DNA of 58,638 bases, the filler included, from Sphacelaria rigidula (taxonomy: Eukaryota): NCBI GenBank assembly GCA_964200075.2. It is 10 parts of 10 records of this genome, joined end to end, with 100 filler letters (N's around TTAATTAATTAA, not from the genome) between each part and the next. Parts side by side here need not be neighbours in the genome. Positions count along the whole stretch, not along the records: positions 23,498 to 29,271 come from CAXNAA020024572.1; positions 29,372 to 35,145 come from CAXNAA020024573.1; positions 35,246 to 41,019 come from CAXNAA020024574.1; 7 more parts are not named here. One strand, written 5' to 3'. Shown piece after piece: positions 23,627 to 35,502 of the stretch. Made by a program: the position numbers and the translations under genes. The notes beneath the pieces were generated by a model, which saw only the letters and a program-made list of their open reading frames with translations, ran no database searches and was not told the DNA's origin. The stretch's first letter is position 1, and the number at the start of each line of letters is the position of its first letter.

Positions 23627-24809
23627 ACCAGGACGAGAAAGATTACTACGGCGGCACCAATGGCAACATCGGCAACAAGCAGCCATCGTCGCAGGGGTCA
23701 CGAGGTACACAAGCTCCCGGAGGGATGAACGACGCGCAGCAAAAGACAAGAGGAGGGGATTCGGCAGATGCTGGGGTGGGGGGTAAGTCGCCCAGAAAAA
23801 AACAACATAAGACCGTTCACAACATTTTTCAGTACACGATGCCATTCGCATTTCTACACACACACTTGTAACATGCTGTTTTCTCGCACATATCACTACT
23901 GGAGTATGACTTCACCAACTCCTGCCTCACGAGACTGTCATTTGAACCCCTGGTTCGTTTCCCTTCTCTCGTATTTAACCCCTTTCCTGTATTGTTCGGG
24001 TGGAATACCTCGTTTAGCAATGCAGGGAGAAAGGGGTGGGTTGCGGGGCTGACTCAACTGCGTTTCAGCACGCGTGCGACAGTGGAGAGGATAATGACCA
24101 AATATTTCAGAATTTTGTGTGGTGTATCGCCCCACAGTAGAACCTGTTCGAGAACGGTCTGTGCTGTTATGTCGATTGCCGCAGCACGAGGAAGCTTTCT
24201 GATCGCTCTCTCTGTCTCTCTGTCTCTGTCTCTGTCTCTCCCTCTGTCTCTCCCTCTGTTTTGTTCTCCGGGAGTGTTTTATGAGCTCACCACGGAAAAT
24301 TTGAAACAGCGAGACCAACTGTCTGTTGGGCGTGAGTAAAGCGCCCAAAACATCTACAATTGTTGATGAATTTGACACGTCGTTCGCGTGCATACACCTG
24401 GATGTGTGCGTATGGGCTCCGCCAAGAATATTCGGTACAAGGGTCGATTGTGTTGGCGTGTGGCATTGGACCTCTGTCCATGGGGATACCATACACATGA
24501 CTCATGGACTCCAACACCGCACAAACCGCACGGCTGTGACCGTATAAAGCAGCCTTCCCCACGACACGGATGATTTTCGATCCTTACTTGTCACTACTCT
24601 CATTAATCTCTGCCCACTATCCTGTAAGGAGGCATTTGCGACACCCGGAGTACCGGGAAGCATCGGACCAACGCAGGGATGTACAATAAAACGTGACATG
24701 CTTGATACTGTACGTGATATGCGTCGCAGAGACGTCAAGTATGTGCACGTAGCCTGACTGAACATGAAAAATGCGAGCAAGTTCTGCCTACAAGTTGTTT
24801 TGGTGTCCT

Positions 24810-25139
24810 GCCGCGCCGCGGTGGTCTAAATTAAGATGTTTGGACTGTCACCATTAGGGTGCAGAGAAGGGTGGTTCGAATCCCGATGCGTTGGGTTCTC
24901 TCCTCTGATTTCCACCGTCGAAGGCGTAAGTACGTGAGTGTGCTAGAAGTATTTGACTGAGTTTGTTTGATGAGAGTTGACGCGGTGCGGGAGTGCTGAT
25001 AGTCATGACCCAATCCGCGAGACCAACATGCGAGGCGTGTACCGGGGGAGAGATGGGTTGATCCCTTGAGACCACGGACTCGTCCCGAGGGAGGAGAGGA
25101 GTTCAAAGTGCGACAAATAGAATAATAATAATGATAATA
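24810..25139 (+). mobile_element. tRNA-derived SINE (family 1), copy B, with (AAT)n tail
   Basis: Head GCCGCGCCGCGGTGGTCTAAA, perfect B-box GGTTCGAATCC at 24873-24883, 3' end AAAGTGCGACAA followed by ATAGAATAATAATAATGATAAT. Confidence 0.88.
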
Positions 25140-25392
25140 TGCTACTAAAATACGTACATGTCCAGAGGGAGTTGGGGTCGAGAAGGTTCAGTTCATGGAT
25201 GATGAATGCCGAAGTGCCAACTATGCATTGCGAAGCGGGGCGGTACTCCTGTAGATGCCCCCAGATCTATAACCTCCACGTGGGATATCGACGTGGAAGC
25301 GACCAATAAACATATACTTCGAAAGTAGAGATATTCACATGGGGGACTCACTCTGTGCTTGGGAGTCGCGGTGCACAAATCGGATAAGCGCG

Positions 25393-25393
<1 letters not shown>

Positions 25394-25462
<69 letters not shown>
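25394..25462. repeat. (GT)n microsatellite
   Basis: Read directly. Confidence 0.98.
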
Positions 25463-25466
<4 letters not shown>

Positions 25467-25900
25467 ATAAATCGGTCTTGTCGCTGAAAGGTAAAATACA
25501 CCCCTTCAGTGGTGGCGACAGCGCTCCTTGTGCGCATCGTCCATGGAATATGCCACGTCACACCCCTTTGCTTGGTAGCTCCCTTTCGCTTTCATGCACG
25601 AATACATGTCCGTGCCTGAGCCATTCGGCAGTAGGGGAGGAGGGGGTGACCGAGTCATTACTGTACCCGAACCTATAACTGCTTCAAGCGAGCGCTGGAG
25701 GCCATAGAGTGATCGAGAGTACTTATAATAATCGTTCGTCAGCATGCGGCGATATCTCCATCGCTTGACGGTGCTTCACGTCTTAGAGGTACGCTTACAA
25801 AATTGAATCGTTCTACATCACACCCGTGAACCTCGCTGCTTCGGACGAATCATCCGCGGGTCGTCACCATAGGATGACTTCCCGCGGTTTGATTGTTTTT

Positions 25901-26813
25901 TGATTGATTGATTGATTGATTGATTGTCGCACTTTAACGGATCCCCAGGTAGTCATGACCCAATCGTGGTCATTGTCGACATGATGGAGGTACCCCAGAC
26001 AAAACGAAACTGAAACGGTCGCTGAAGAAAAGTAAATAATTAACAGAAAAGGTACAGCAGACAGGGTAGACTACGGAAAGGGAAAAAAAATAATAATAAT
26101 AGGAAATATTAGGAAACAAGAAGGGAAAAGAAAAGAAAAGAGCAGAAAAGAGCAGAAAAGAGCAGAAAAGAAACAAAGACAGGAGAAAAGAGTACGTACA
26201 AACATGAATTCAGTTTTACGTGTAGTGGACCGAGGAAACTGAGACCATGGTGTCTGCAATCATTGGGAACGCAGTACACCGCAGCTGCTTTTGCTCTCGC
26301 AGGCATGCCTTGATGCAGATCTTCTGGCCTTCTCCATTTTCCTACCGGAGTCGATACCGACCCGTCGTGTTGGTGTTTGCGCACAGTACTTACACTACTG
26401 CTACCCGAGAAAGAAGATGCTGTAGTTCAACGAAGAACCTCGATCGGGTAGGCACGGATCAGCTCGGACGCAAGGTCTGTCGGAATGGCGAGGCAGTTCC
26501 ACAGGACTGACTAGAGGACGGCCGACTCCCCCTCTCTCATGCCTTGGAGCGTCGGCGAAACGCCTCGAGACCATTACGTGGAGCTTCTCTCCTACCCTAC
26601 GGAGTGGTGCCACACCTCAATACATACTCAATCCTGACCGCAATTCATTACTCGCACCCTCATGTTTTCAACGACGGAAAGTGAGATATTTTCTTAGAAA
26701 GAAGAAAATATATATACACATGTCTATACATATACCGAGATTCGAACCCGCCTTCTTACGCCCTAGTCAGCTTTACGTGTACTATTTTAATTTAGATCAC
26801 CGGGCTCGCCGGC
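25901..26813 (-). mobile_element. Long (~0.9 kb) tRNA-headed SINE-like element (family 2) with (AATC)n tail
   Basis: Minus-strand head GCCGGCGAGCCCGGTGATCTAAATT...GGGTTCGAATC (B-box at 26739-26748). The 3' end AAAGTGCGACAATCAATCAATC shares the AAAGTGCGACAA terminus with family 1. That head and tail belong to one element is inferred. Confidence 0.6.
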
Positions 26814-27926
26814 ATTTGCACACCAGTGTGCTACGACAGGACAGACAGTCCAAGGAGGTGGGGTGGTCTTGAGACGCACTGAAACGTCATTGACATTTTT
26901 ATGGCACTAGTGTACCGACTACAGCACGATAAAAAGCAATGGGCGCAGCGTATCACCGGTGATGCTGCACGGCAAATAGTGATGACGCTTTTGGTGCCTT
27001 GCAGTCCTGTCCTTCTATCCTAACGATGCAACCCGACCCGGAGAAGAAAAGGCCACATGAAGTGAGCACATATCCTCTGAGCAGTTGTAGGTCGCCGAAA
27101 CGAACACTAGACACATATACAACGAACCCATTAAGCTGAAAAGTGAAGATACTCGGAGATGATTTTTCGTAGTCCCAACTGGATGGGCTAAATATTGTTT
27201 TCATTTTGACCCCCGCCCCCGAACCCCCCTAGAGTTACATTTTTTCTCTGTTTCCGCTTATTCTTATCGTGGATATGTTAGTCTCTGTTTTATCCTGTGA
27301 CAAATGACAACTGGTGGAGTTCTTGACGGATCAGTTCATCTCCAGCAATCACTCAGTACACCCAGGGTGACCGCCCCCACCGCTGCATGCCGCCAGATGC
27401 TTTACCCGACGGTGGCGGCGCAGATGGCACGGCGCCAAACGGAGACCCAGAAGGCGGGACTCCCGGGAACGTTGGCTCGGGGGGAGGTCAGGCGGCGACT
27501 GACGGGGGCAGGGGAGGTGTAGCAGCGTCGGATCGAGTGGACGGCGGAGTTGGGGGAGGAACGGTGGCCGACGAGCAAGAGGGAAAAGGAGATGAGGTGT
27601 CTGCGCGATACTTTGTCCGTTCACTTTAAAAAAAATACAAGCATTTTTCACTTCTTTTTTTTTTGCCGTTTTTTTTTTGTCACTTACTACTTTTGTTGTT
27701 AAATCGCTTTCAATTTTTTGTTGTTATTTCATTTTTCATCTTTCTCATTTCATCAATATTTTTAGCAAAAAACATATCTCCATCCTACTATATTTGTCAA
27801 CTTTTAGGTTCATCGTAGATAGATATTTTGAGACCACGACGGAGTTCCTCGTGAAGCACTTCATGAGCGACAATCAATCGATCCATCAACCAATCATCCA
27901 ATCACCTTTTGAGGACCTAATCGCCT

Positions 27927-28256
27927 CGAATCCAAATGCGCTGATGGTCGCTCACAACTGAAAAATGTGTATAGGTGTGTGTGTGTGCGTGCGAAACATT
28001 TGTGAGGTGTTGCGACTTGTTCAGAGTATAGAAAACGTATCAATACGCTTCCCAGCGTCAGCCGGCGTCAGTACGCTGGTAAGAAACAAATCACCTTGAA
28101 TCCAAATGCGATGATGGTCACTGAAAACTGAAAACGTGTACATGTGTGTGTGTGTGTGTGTGTTTGTACGAAAAATATGTGAGATTTTGCGACTTGTTCA
28201 GAGTATTAAAAACGTATTAATACGCTTCCCAGCGTCAGCCGTCGTCAGTACGCTGG
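27927..28256 (+). repeat. Two-copy tandem duplication (~170-bp period), each with a (GT)n tract and a terminal hairpin
   Basis: GAATCCAAATGCG...GCGACTTGTTCAGAGTAT...CCCAGCGTCAGCCGxCGTCAGTACGCTGG occurs twice. Confidence 0.85.
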
Positions 28257-29210
28257 GGGTGCGGGGCGGTGAGCTCACTAATAGCTATACACAATAAATC
28301 TAGAAGTGATGAAGTGAAGAGATGGCTTCACAAGCAATCTCTTTTTTGTTCACAACTCTGTGGCTCGTTTTCTGTAGGGAAGGAGTGAGACAACGAACGT
28401 AGTTCTGTGCCGCGCTGTGTTCTACTCTACTGTACTGCAGTAGCAATTTAGTCATGAAGAAGTGTGAGCATACTGGACAGAGAGCTCGTAACAATCAGTT
28501 CAACCATATTTTTCTTGCTATTAACGCATCGTGTTCATGTATACGCAAAGTAATTCGTGCGTCAGAGTTTCGAGCTAGCCTGCGAACGACCTTTCCTGCC
28601 CTCGGAGCGTTGACACAAACCAATAACGGGATATATAGTGGTATGTATACGGTACATGTGGTTGTCGCCTAAGAAGGTTCCCCGGTCCCGCAAAAACCTA
28701 GTATCACACGTGCGCCGTACCGCGAAATCGCCTCGTAATTTTCCAGTCGCCGTGACGTAGTGTCTTCCACGCAGCTGTTTGGGGGGCACACTAGCGATAC
28801 AGGGAGAGTACTCGGCCGATCGTCCTCGCCCGTACTGTCGGCCTGTCCGCTTGTGGTTCATTCAGTTAATGTTGTTTGTATTTGTGCCGCCCAAATGCAA
28901 TCGACGAGCTTTCTTTGGTCTTTTTGTTGTTGTTGTCACACTTTCAACCCTACCCACCCCCTCACCCTCAAGACGAGTCCGTAGTCTGCAGAGGTCAACC
29001 CGTTTGTTCCCCTGTATACGCCTTGTGTTGTGGTAAAAGAAACGCAGATTGGATCGGCAACCCTGCACCGGGTCGACTCTTGTCGAAGATATTCAGCTAA
29101 TTTCTCGAACAATCTCCGATAAGTGTACTGTACTGACCGGAAAAAACGGGCTCATCTTCGGGTGAAGGAATGCAACAACCTCGATGGAATTATTGACTCC
29201 ACATACGAAC

Positions 29211-29271
29211 GCCGGTCGCCCCGGTGGCTCAGTTGATAACCTCGTAACCTTCTGATGGTTGAGTTGGGGGG
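29211..29271 (+). mobile_element. SINE head truncated by the scaffold end
   Basis: GCCGGTCGCCCCGGTGGCTCAGTTG is A-box-like and has the same GCCG...CCGGTGG start as the other SINEs. Confidence 0.55.
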
Positions 29272-29924
29272 NNNNNNNNNNNNNNNNNNNNNNNNNNNNN
29301 NNNNNNNNNNNNNNNTTAATTAATTAANNNNNNNNNNNNNNNNNNNNNNNNNNNNNNNNNNNNNNNNNNNNATGGTAGCGGGGTTTTTCTATGCGGTTTT
29401 GATCTCGGTCTCAGTATGTTTATATGTTGTTATATATATATATATATACCCTTTCATCTCCCCGTCATTTGCGTCAACCCTGATCACTCACCTTATTGCT
29501 CAATATACTTTTTCGTTTGATGTGATTTCGCTAAAAGATAAATGAGTAAGGCAGTTGCGACATTAATGCTGCCATCTGAGGTATGGCCTGAAACAGGCAT
29601 CGGGTGTTCCAGGGTATCTGGGGTTTAGACACGGTGCCCGTAACCCAGCCTAGTCTACCTAGCCTTTCCTATCCCTTCCTCCTCTTGCCTTGCCGTGCCT
29701 TGCATGGCTGTCTTCGTTTCAGTTTTAATTTTAATTTTCTCATATCCGGTTTTGAAAGCTTTTTTCCATGTCTTCTTCTCTTCCCTCGCAAATGTGCCGT
29801 GCAATGCTATTTGTCATCCTTTTTCATTCAGTATACTTTTTTTCCCGTTTCGGTGGGATTGTGTTTCTCTCGCACGATCGTTCCCCCTCCCCCTCCTCCT
29901 TGATGATGTTGATGTTGCGAGCAG

Positions 29925-32437
29925 TCGGCCGATGGAGTTAGCTCTGGCGATGCTGCAGCTTCCGGCGTTAATAATGAAGACACGGTCGATGGTGCGTGTT
30001 GCCATTCGTTTTTGATGCGCCCAGCACAGAACTTTCCACCAATGATTGTTGTGTTCCGTGAACGTATGTCGAATCGTCTCAACAAGGTTGAATCATAATA
30101 TTCTTCATTTTGGTATCAAATCCCCTGGGTCGATACCAGACATGCCACTTCCATCGTTGGCGGTTCTTGTACCGCAACGTTTCGGCAGCCCACGTATGTT
30201 TACGAGAGGATGTGTGCTCCCCCCCATCTTGAGAATCTGCACTGACGTCGGTGTCGTATCGTGTAATTTCGTGTTTGAAATCGGAGAAATCTATCCTCAT
30301 TCTGTGTGTGTGTTGACGTTGAGCAACGGATCATTACCCAGCAGCTACCCCCCGTTCCTTTTTTCGTTTTGTCATTTTCCAGTCGATATGCGCGATGACA
30401 ACAACGCCGGAACTGTCCCGACATCGACAGGAATACCAGCGGCCGCAGGGGAAACGGTGACGACGGGGGACGAGAGCACTGCCGCGACCGGCGGGGGTGC
30501 CGCTAATGGCGGCGGCGGCGCTGGTAGTGGCACGACTACCGGTGGTGCCGGTGGCCGGCAGAGCTCCGGGTCTGGAGGAGCAGCGGACCCGGTAGTGCTC
30601 GATCTGTCTCTGGACAGCGACGACGACGAAGGAGACCAGAACAACGAACGAACGGCGGATGATTCTGCGGCATCGACTATCCCTGCTGCCAGCGGCGTTG
30701 GCACCGGAGACGCTACTTCGTCCGTTGCGGCAGCGGCAGCGGCAGCGGCAGCGGCGAAAGACCCGCAATCAAACGGGACGACCGCCACGGCAGCCGTCGC
30801 TGCCGCCGCAGCTGGTGCTGACCCGCCGTCCAGATTCCCCTCCGCGTCGCCAACGTCGTCTCTCGGCTCCACGGACGACTCCGGCGGCAATTCGTCTAGT
30901 TCACCACCGTTGGGGTCGGCCTCCGCCGCAACGACAGAGGATCCGTCTCCCTCTTCCGCCACCGCGGTCGAGGGTACAGGGAAGGCTTCATCGTCATCCC
31001 CGGTTTCCGGTGTTGGTGGTACGTCTTCCAAGGCGCTGGCAAACGCAGGAAGTGGCTCCGGCAGCGTTTTTCAGGGCTGGGAAGACAACAACTCCCTCGT
31101 GTCTTTTACCTCCGGGCAGGCTCACCCAGGTGTCGCGGCCTCTTCTTCCCCCCCTCCGGTCACCGGCAGCGGTGCCAACGGTGTATCGACGTCGGCACCT
31201 CTTTTGCCTCCCGTGGCTGCCATTGCCGGCGCCCGCCGGCACTCTGAGACGCGCCGAGAACGATACCAGCAGTCGACGACCTATTCTGGCACGGCAGACG
31301 TCGGTGGGAGCGGAGGCGAAGCCGCGCCGTTGGGCTCCGGCAGCGCTTTTATTGGACTCGGTCCCGATTCTACGGTGGGGGCAGGAGCGGGGTCGAGGAG
31401 GGGTGGCGGGTGGGAGAGCGGCGGGGGGAGGGATGCACCTGTGGGCTGGCAATCTAGTATTGTCAGTATGGGGTCGTCTCCGACGGTGGGCGGTGGAGGA
31501 GGATCGTCGCAGTCGTTGAAGCGGCCGAGATCTAACAGTCAGTCCGACGATCTACAGGTTTGTGCTTGTTTTTCGGGGAGGAACTTTCGGCAGTGGGAGG
31601 GCAGCGGCCAGGATGTTTGTGTGTATGTGTGTATGTGTGGAATTTGTGTCTCTTGTCCTTGTGTGCGTTGGACGGGGGCGGGTTCTGCTTGGGCGGGAGG
31701 TTATGACTTCAGACCGTTTGGTGCAAGATCCTTCCAAGTAGTCCAGGCAGTGCGACACAGCAAGTGAAATGGCGTGATTGTACTGCGCAGTACAGTTCCG
31801 TAGTAGTACGTCACTACTTATACGTGACCTCATCAACAACCTGCGCCTTGGAGACTGGACCCTATACCTGAGAAGTTGATGCTGGACCCCCCGTAAATAT
31901 TCGCCTATTATCTTGAAAGGGGTGTGTACTCATGATCTTGTGGAGTGTGTGTGTGTGGCGAGATTTGAAACTGTGTGGTACTGTCATCACGACTTGCGAA
32001 CGTGTATCGTGGGGCTGTGCCGAAAGGTGCGTGTGAGCGCCTGCGCGTGGCGACCAATATGTATTCCGGTCTGATTGGATTCAACTCCAGCCGTTTTTTG
32101 GTGTCTCTTTCTTGACGTACGTATCGCTCTTTGTGCTCGCAAAACAAACGAGGAGACGAAACTGAATGACCATAACATACTTAACGTGAAAAAATCGCAG
32201 GATGGGCGACACCGGAACGCGCCGCAATTCGACCTCTCGCCGTCATCTCACGCTCGAAGGGCAACGGATGGAACCGTACAAGGTGTCTCGGCAGCAAAAG
32301 ACTTGGGTGCGGTATACCGCGGCCCCGGTACCCAAGGAAACAGTGGAGACGGAGGTGCGGGGGGAAGTCGAGGGGCGGGGGGTGGAGACTTATGGGGAGA
32401 CTCCGTCATGGGGGGAAGGATGGGTGGCAGGAGTCAA
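29925..32437 (+). CDS. Partial spliced gene, Gly/Ala/Ser-rich intrinsically disordered protein (exons ~29925-29991, 30383-31557, 32201-32437)
   Basis: GT-AG boundaries have compatible phases: ...EDTVD-(G|TC=V)-DMRDDNNAG... and ...SQSDDLQ|DGRHRNAPQF.... The 1175-nt middle exon is open and GC-rich and contains VVLDLSLDSDDDE (SUMO-interacting-motif-like) and KRPR (NLS-like). The last exon may instead run to the stop at 32533. It could be TE-borne. Confidence 0.6.
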
Positions 32438-35254
32438 GTGAGCGGGGTTGCGGACGGAGGGCGGCAGGATGTGATGGGGTGGGACGATGATATCTTGCGT
32501 AATCTTGATGGGTTGGGCGATCCGATTGGATGAGAAGGATACGAGTGGCGCGCAGTTTTGGCGAATTAAAACTGCGGGTCATTTCGTTCCTTCCTCTGGT
32601 AGGAAGGTACACGGGACGGAACCCCCGGAGCCTGGACGGAACGTTAGTGTTTTGTAGGTGTGGTACGTACATGCGATGCGATGCACGCGGGATGTTGGTG
32701 GAAGAGGGAGGGGAGAGGTGAAGGAGGGGCAAGCGTACTGGTAGAAGTGCATGCTGTAAGTCTCACGGCCGTTGGATGTTTTATTCGGGAAGGTCGTTTG
32801 ATGCATGGTGCGAACGAGTGGGGGAATAATAGTGAAGCTTTGACTAAGAGGATGTTGAATATATACCGATGCTGTGGAAGTAGGTCACTGAGCGCGTCGC
32901 CGTATACTGTGTTGGACCGTTTTTTTTCCCGTCTCTGTCATGATTATTATCGAATGTAAAAAGAACAACAGTCAACGACGGGTGCGGACGCCGACTTCCC
33001 GGTTAAATGGCAACAAGCTTGATGAGGTTTACAATGCAAGGCACACCGTAAATGTCGTGGCTCCTGCGATATTTCTGAGAGCTAGTACGGTTACTGTTGG
33101 CAATGTTTCGTTGGACGGCTAGTATTAGAGGAAAGCTGCTCTCGTGATGTGTACTTTTCATGGGGACGACTTGATGGGTACGGTGTCATGTGAACGGGTC
33201 ATGTTCTCCACGGAGGATGTAGGGGTCTTCGTCTTCCGTGTTTTTTCGTTGGCTTGGTATATATGCCCTTTCCAAACGGGGTTGTTGAATCACCCTTGCG
33301 TTATTCCGAAGGGAAACGTGTCTTGACATCGTATGGCGCAGCGGTGTTCCACCAAGAAACCATTTTTTTTCTTTTTCGCATTTGGTTTTTGTAAGTACCC
33401 TCGACGACCCGCGGTCGTGGCTACCACGTAGGTCACATACCCTAGGAAAACAGAATCAATGATGGAAAGGGCAATCTCACTCGGCTTCTGATACGTGGTC
33501 TACTCCCGCTCTTCTGTATAAATGGGTACCAGCACACGTGCGGTTCTGTCGAAAGAGGATTGATGTACGCAGGAGCAGGGTAGAACTGTTACCCATAATT
33601 TTCGTCAAAAGAGCGATCGAATAACGGAGACTGAGTGCAAGCGCTGATGTCACCGTTCGGGTGGTTTTGTCGGCGGGGGACCGTGCGTCACCGAGATACG
33701 TGCATCGCCGTGCACAAGATACAGGCAATAATTGGACAATCGTCGCGGGCTGGAGATCTGTAGGCGGGGAGGTTCAAATCGTAGCGATGAATGATCCGCT
33801 GGCAATACATATACGATCACTCGAACGGCTACGGTGGGCGTTTCATCGTCGAGCTGTGGACGTTTTTTTCGACGCAATTTTGAACTGAAGAAATTGCGCA
33901 AGTGCTTGGGATGGATGATGATACTCCAGGTGAGGACGATGGATCTCCACAATATTCACAGCACTCGGTTGTACTCCAGAGTAGCTGGAATGAGAGTGAA
34001 GTTCCGACGATAGTTAGTATCCCAAGGTATCTTAAGTGTGTTCCACTTGAAATTGCTCGTACTCGTACCTTACTTTTTCGTCCAGGAGGCGCCCCGTATA
34101 CTGAATGGAATACTCGGAAATAAACCTTTGATTCTTGAAAATATATGTAAATTTGACCCAAAGCAGAGTTCGCAAAATCTGTCACGAGAAAAACAATCGA
34201 ATATGAAGCATGCTTGGACTCTGGCCGCGATCAGATGAGACACACGGTACCGCTGCTCCACCAGACAGACTCTGAGTACGAGTCAAGACGAAAATATGTG
34301 ACCACGTCATGATGCTCCGCATTTTCAGTGCAGTACTTGCTGCGCACGTGCAGAACGTCAGCAAGTCGTATGCACACTCGAGCATTTTTAAAGCCCTTGA
34401 TGTCCACAGGCAAGCGTGTGAGGAATGGTGTGATGGCACTACGGTATACCATGTGCGCATCGAGAAGACCCTCGCCACCCTGTTGCAACACACACTTGAT
34501 CAGCGCTGGTCGCCAGCACCAACTTTGTCCCCAGATAGAGTCTAACATCTGATTGACGAGTGATGCTACGATAGGAGGGGAGGGATGTTTTGAATCATTC
34601 GACGAAATCCTCTTGAAATTGCCGTTGAAAGTAGCAAACGGTTGTTCGAACACGCCTGTTGGCGGTAAATAACGTCCATTCATACTGCTTGAGACCGATT
34701 TTACCCAATTACAAGCACACCATCGGTGTGGTGAGTCGTCTGGCACACATATAAGCCCTTTTCTTCGTGAAATCACCCCCTCCTCTCCCCCCCGCTATTG
34801 TAGCATTTGAATGAAAGCGCAAACTTTTCAACGCAATTTGGCTGAATAACGAGTGGAAGTGGTGCCGCTTCCACCAGAGAACGGGATTATGGGAAATGAG
34901 GGTTGCGAATTGAAATGGGGCCCAAACCCCCTTGCGAAAATTCACATTGATACCCGAATAATTCTTCAATCTCAAGCGTTTTCCGATATTCTGTTCCTCT
35001 TGAAAGCGAAGCAGCTGTGGTGAGGTGCACCCCATGAATGCGGGGTACATACGTGTCGCTGACGGCCCAACGAAGGATCGCCGAAATTCCCCGAAATTGG
35101 ATTTTCCCGTAGGACCCCAACATTTCGGTTATTGACATCCAAATTNNNNNNNNNNNNNNNNNNNNNNNNNNNNNNNNNNNNNNNNNNNNTTAATTAATTA
35201 ANNNNNNNNNNNNNNNNNNNNNNNNNNNNNNNNNNNNNNNNNNNNACGATTCAC

Positions 35255-35502
35255 CATGGGTCGCTACTCCAGGAATGCTTCCGAGTGAACCTTAGCTGCC
35301 GAAAGCTTGGCCGACGATTCCCCCACACTCTGTACCAGCTTCTATCCTTCAAGGTCTCGAGAAGTCTACTTACCGCTTGGTGCTCCTTCTCGTAGATCAT
35401 ATGGTCGGTCATCGGTAGGGTGTTTGTTCCATTAGTACAGTCGGTCTCAGCGTTTTTGTCATGCGTTATCCACCCTTTCCCTCCATTCGGCGCCTTTAGC
35501 AC
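35255..35502 (-). CDS. Isolated exon, possibly of a Sola-like DNA transposase
   Basis: Acceptor CATTAG| and donor |GTGAAT. The open frame ...TLPMTDHMIYEKE...DRSWYRVWGNRRPSFRQLRFTRKHSWSSDP resembles the LP...IY...F..IW....P.L.I......CxxC segment I recall from Sola-related transposases. Family assignment is by eye only. Confidence 0.35.

Noticed and set aside
24810..24890. tRNA gene
   Set aside because: A/B boxes are present but I could not fold a cloverleaf, and it continues into a repeat body and tail. It is a SINE head, as at 9056, 26813 and 29211.
27387..27597. Gly-rich exon-like ORF
   Set aside because: There is an upstream in-frame stop and no partner exons were found; too weak to call.
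30046..31767. 573-aa single-exon ORF as listed in the track
   Set aside because: Its first ~112 and last ~70 codons read through intron-like sequence. The supported exon is 30383-31557.
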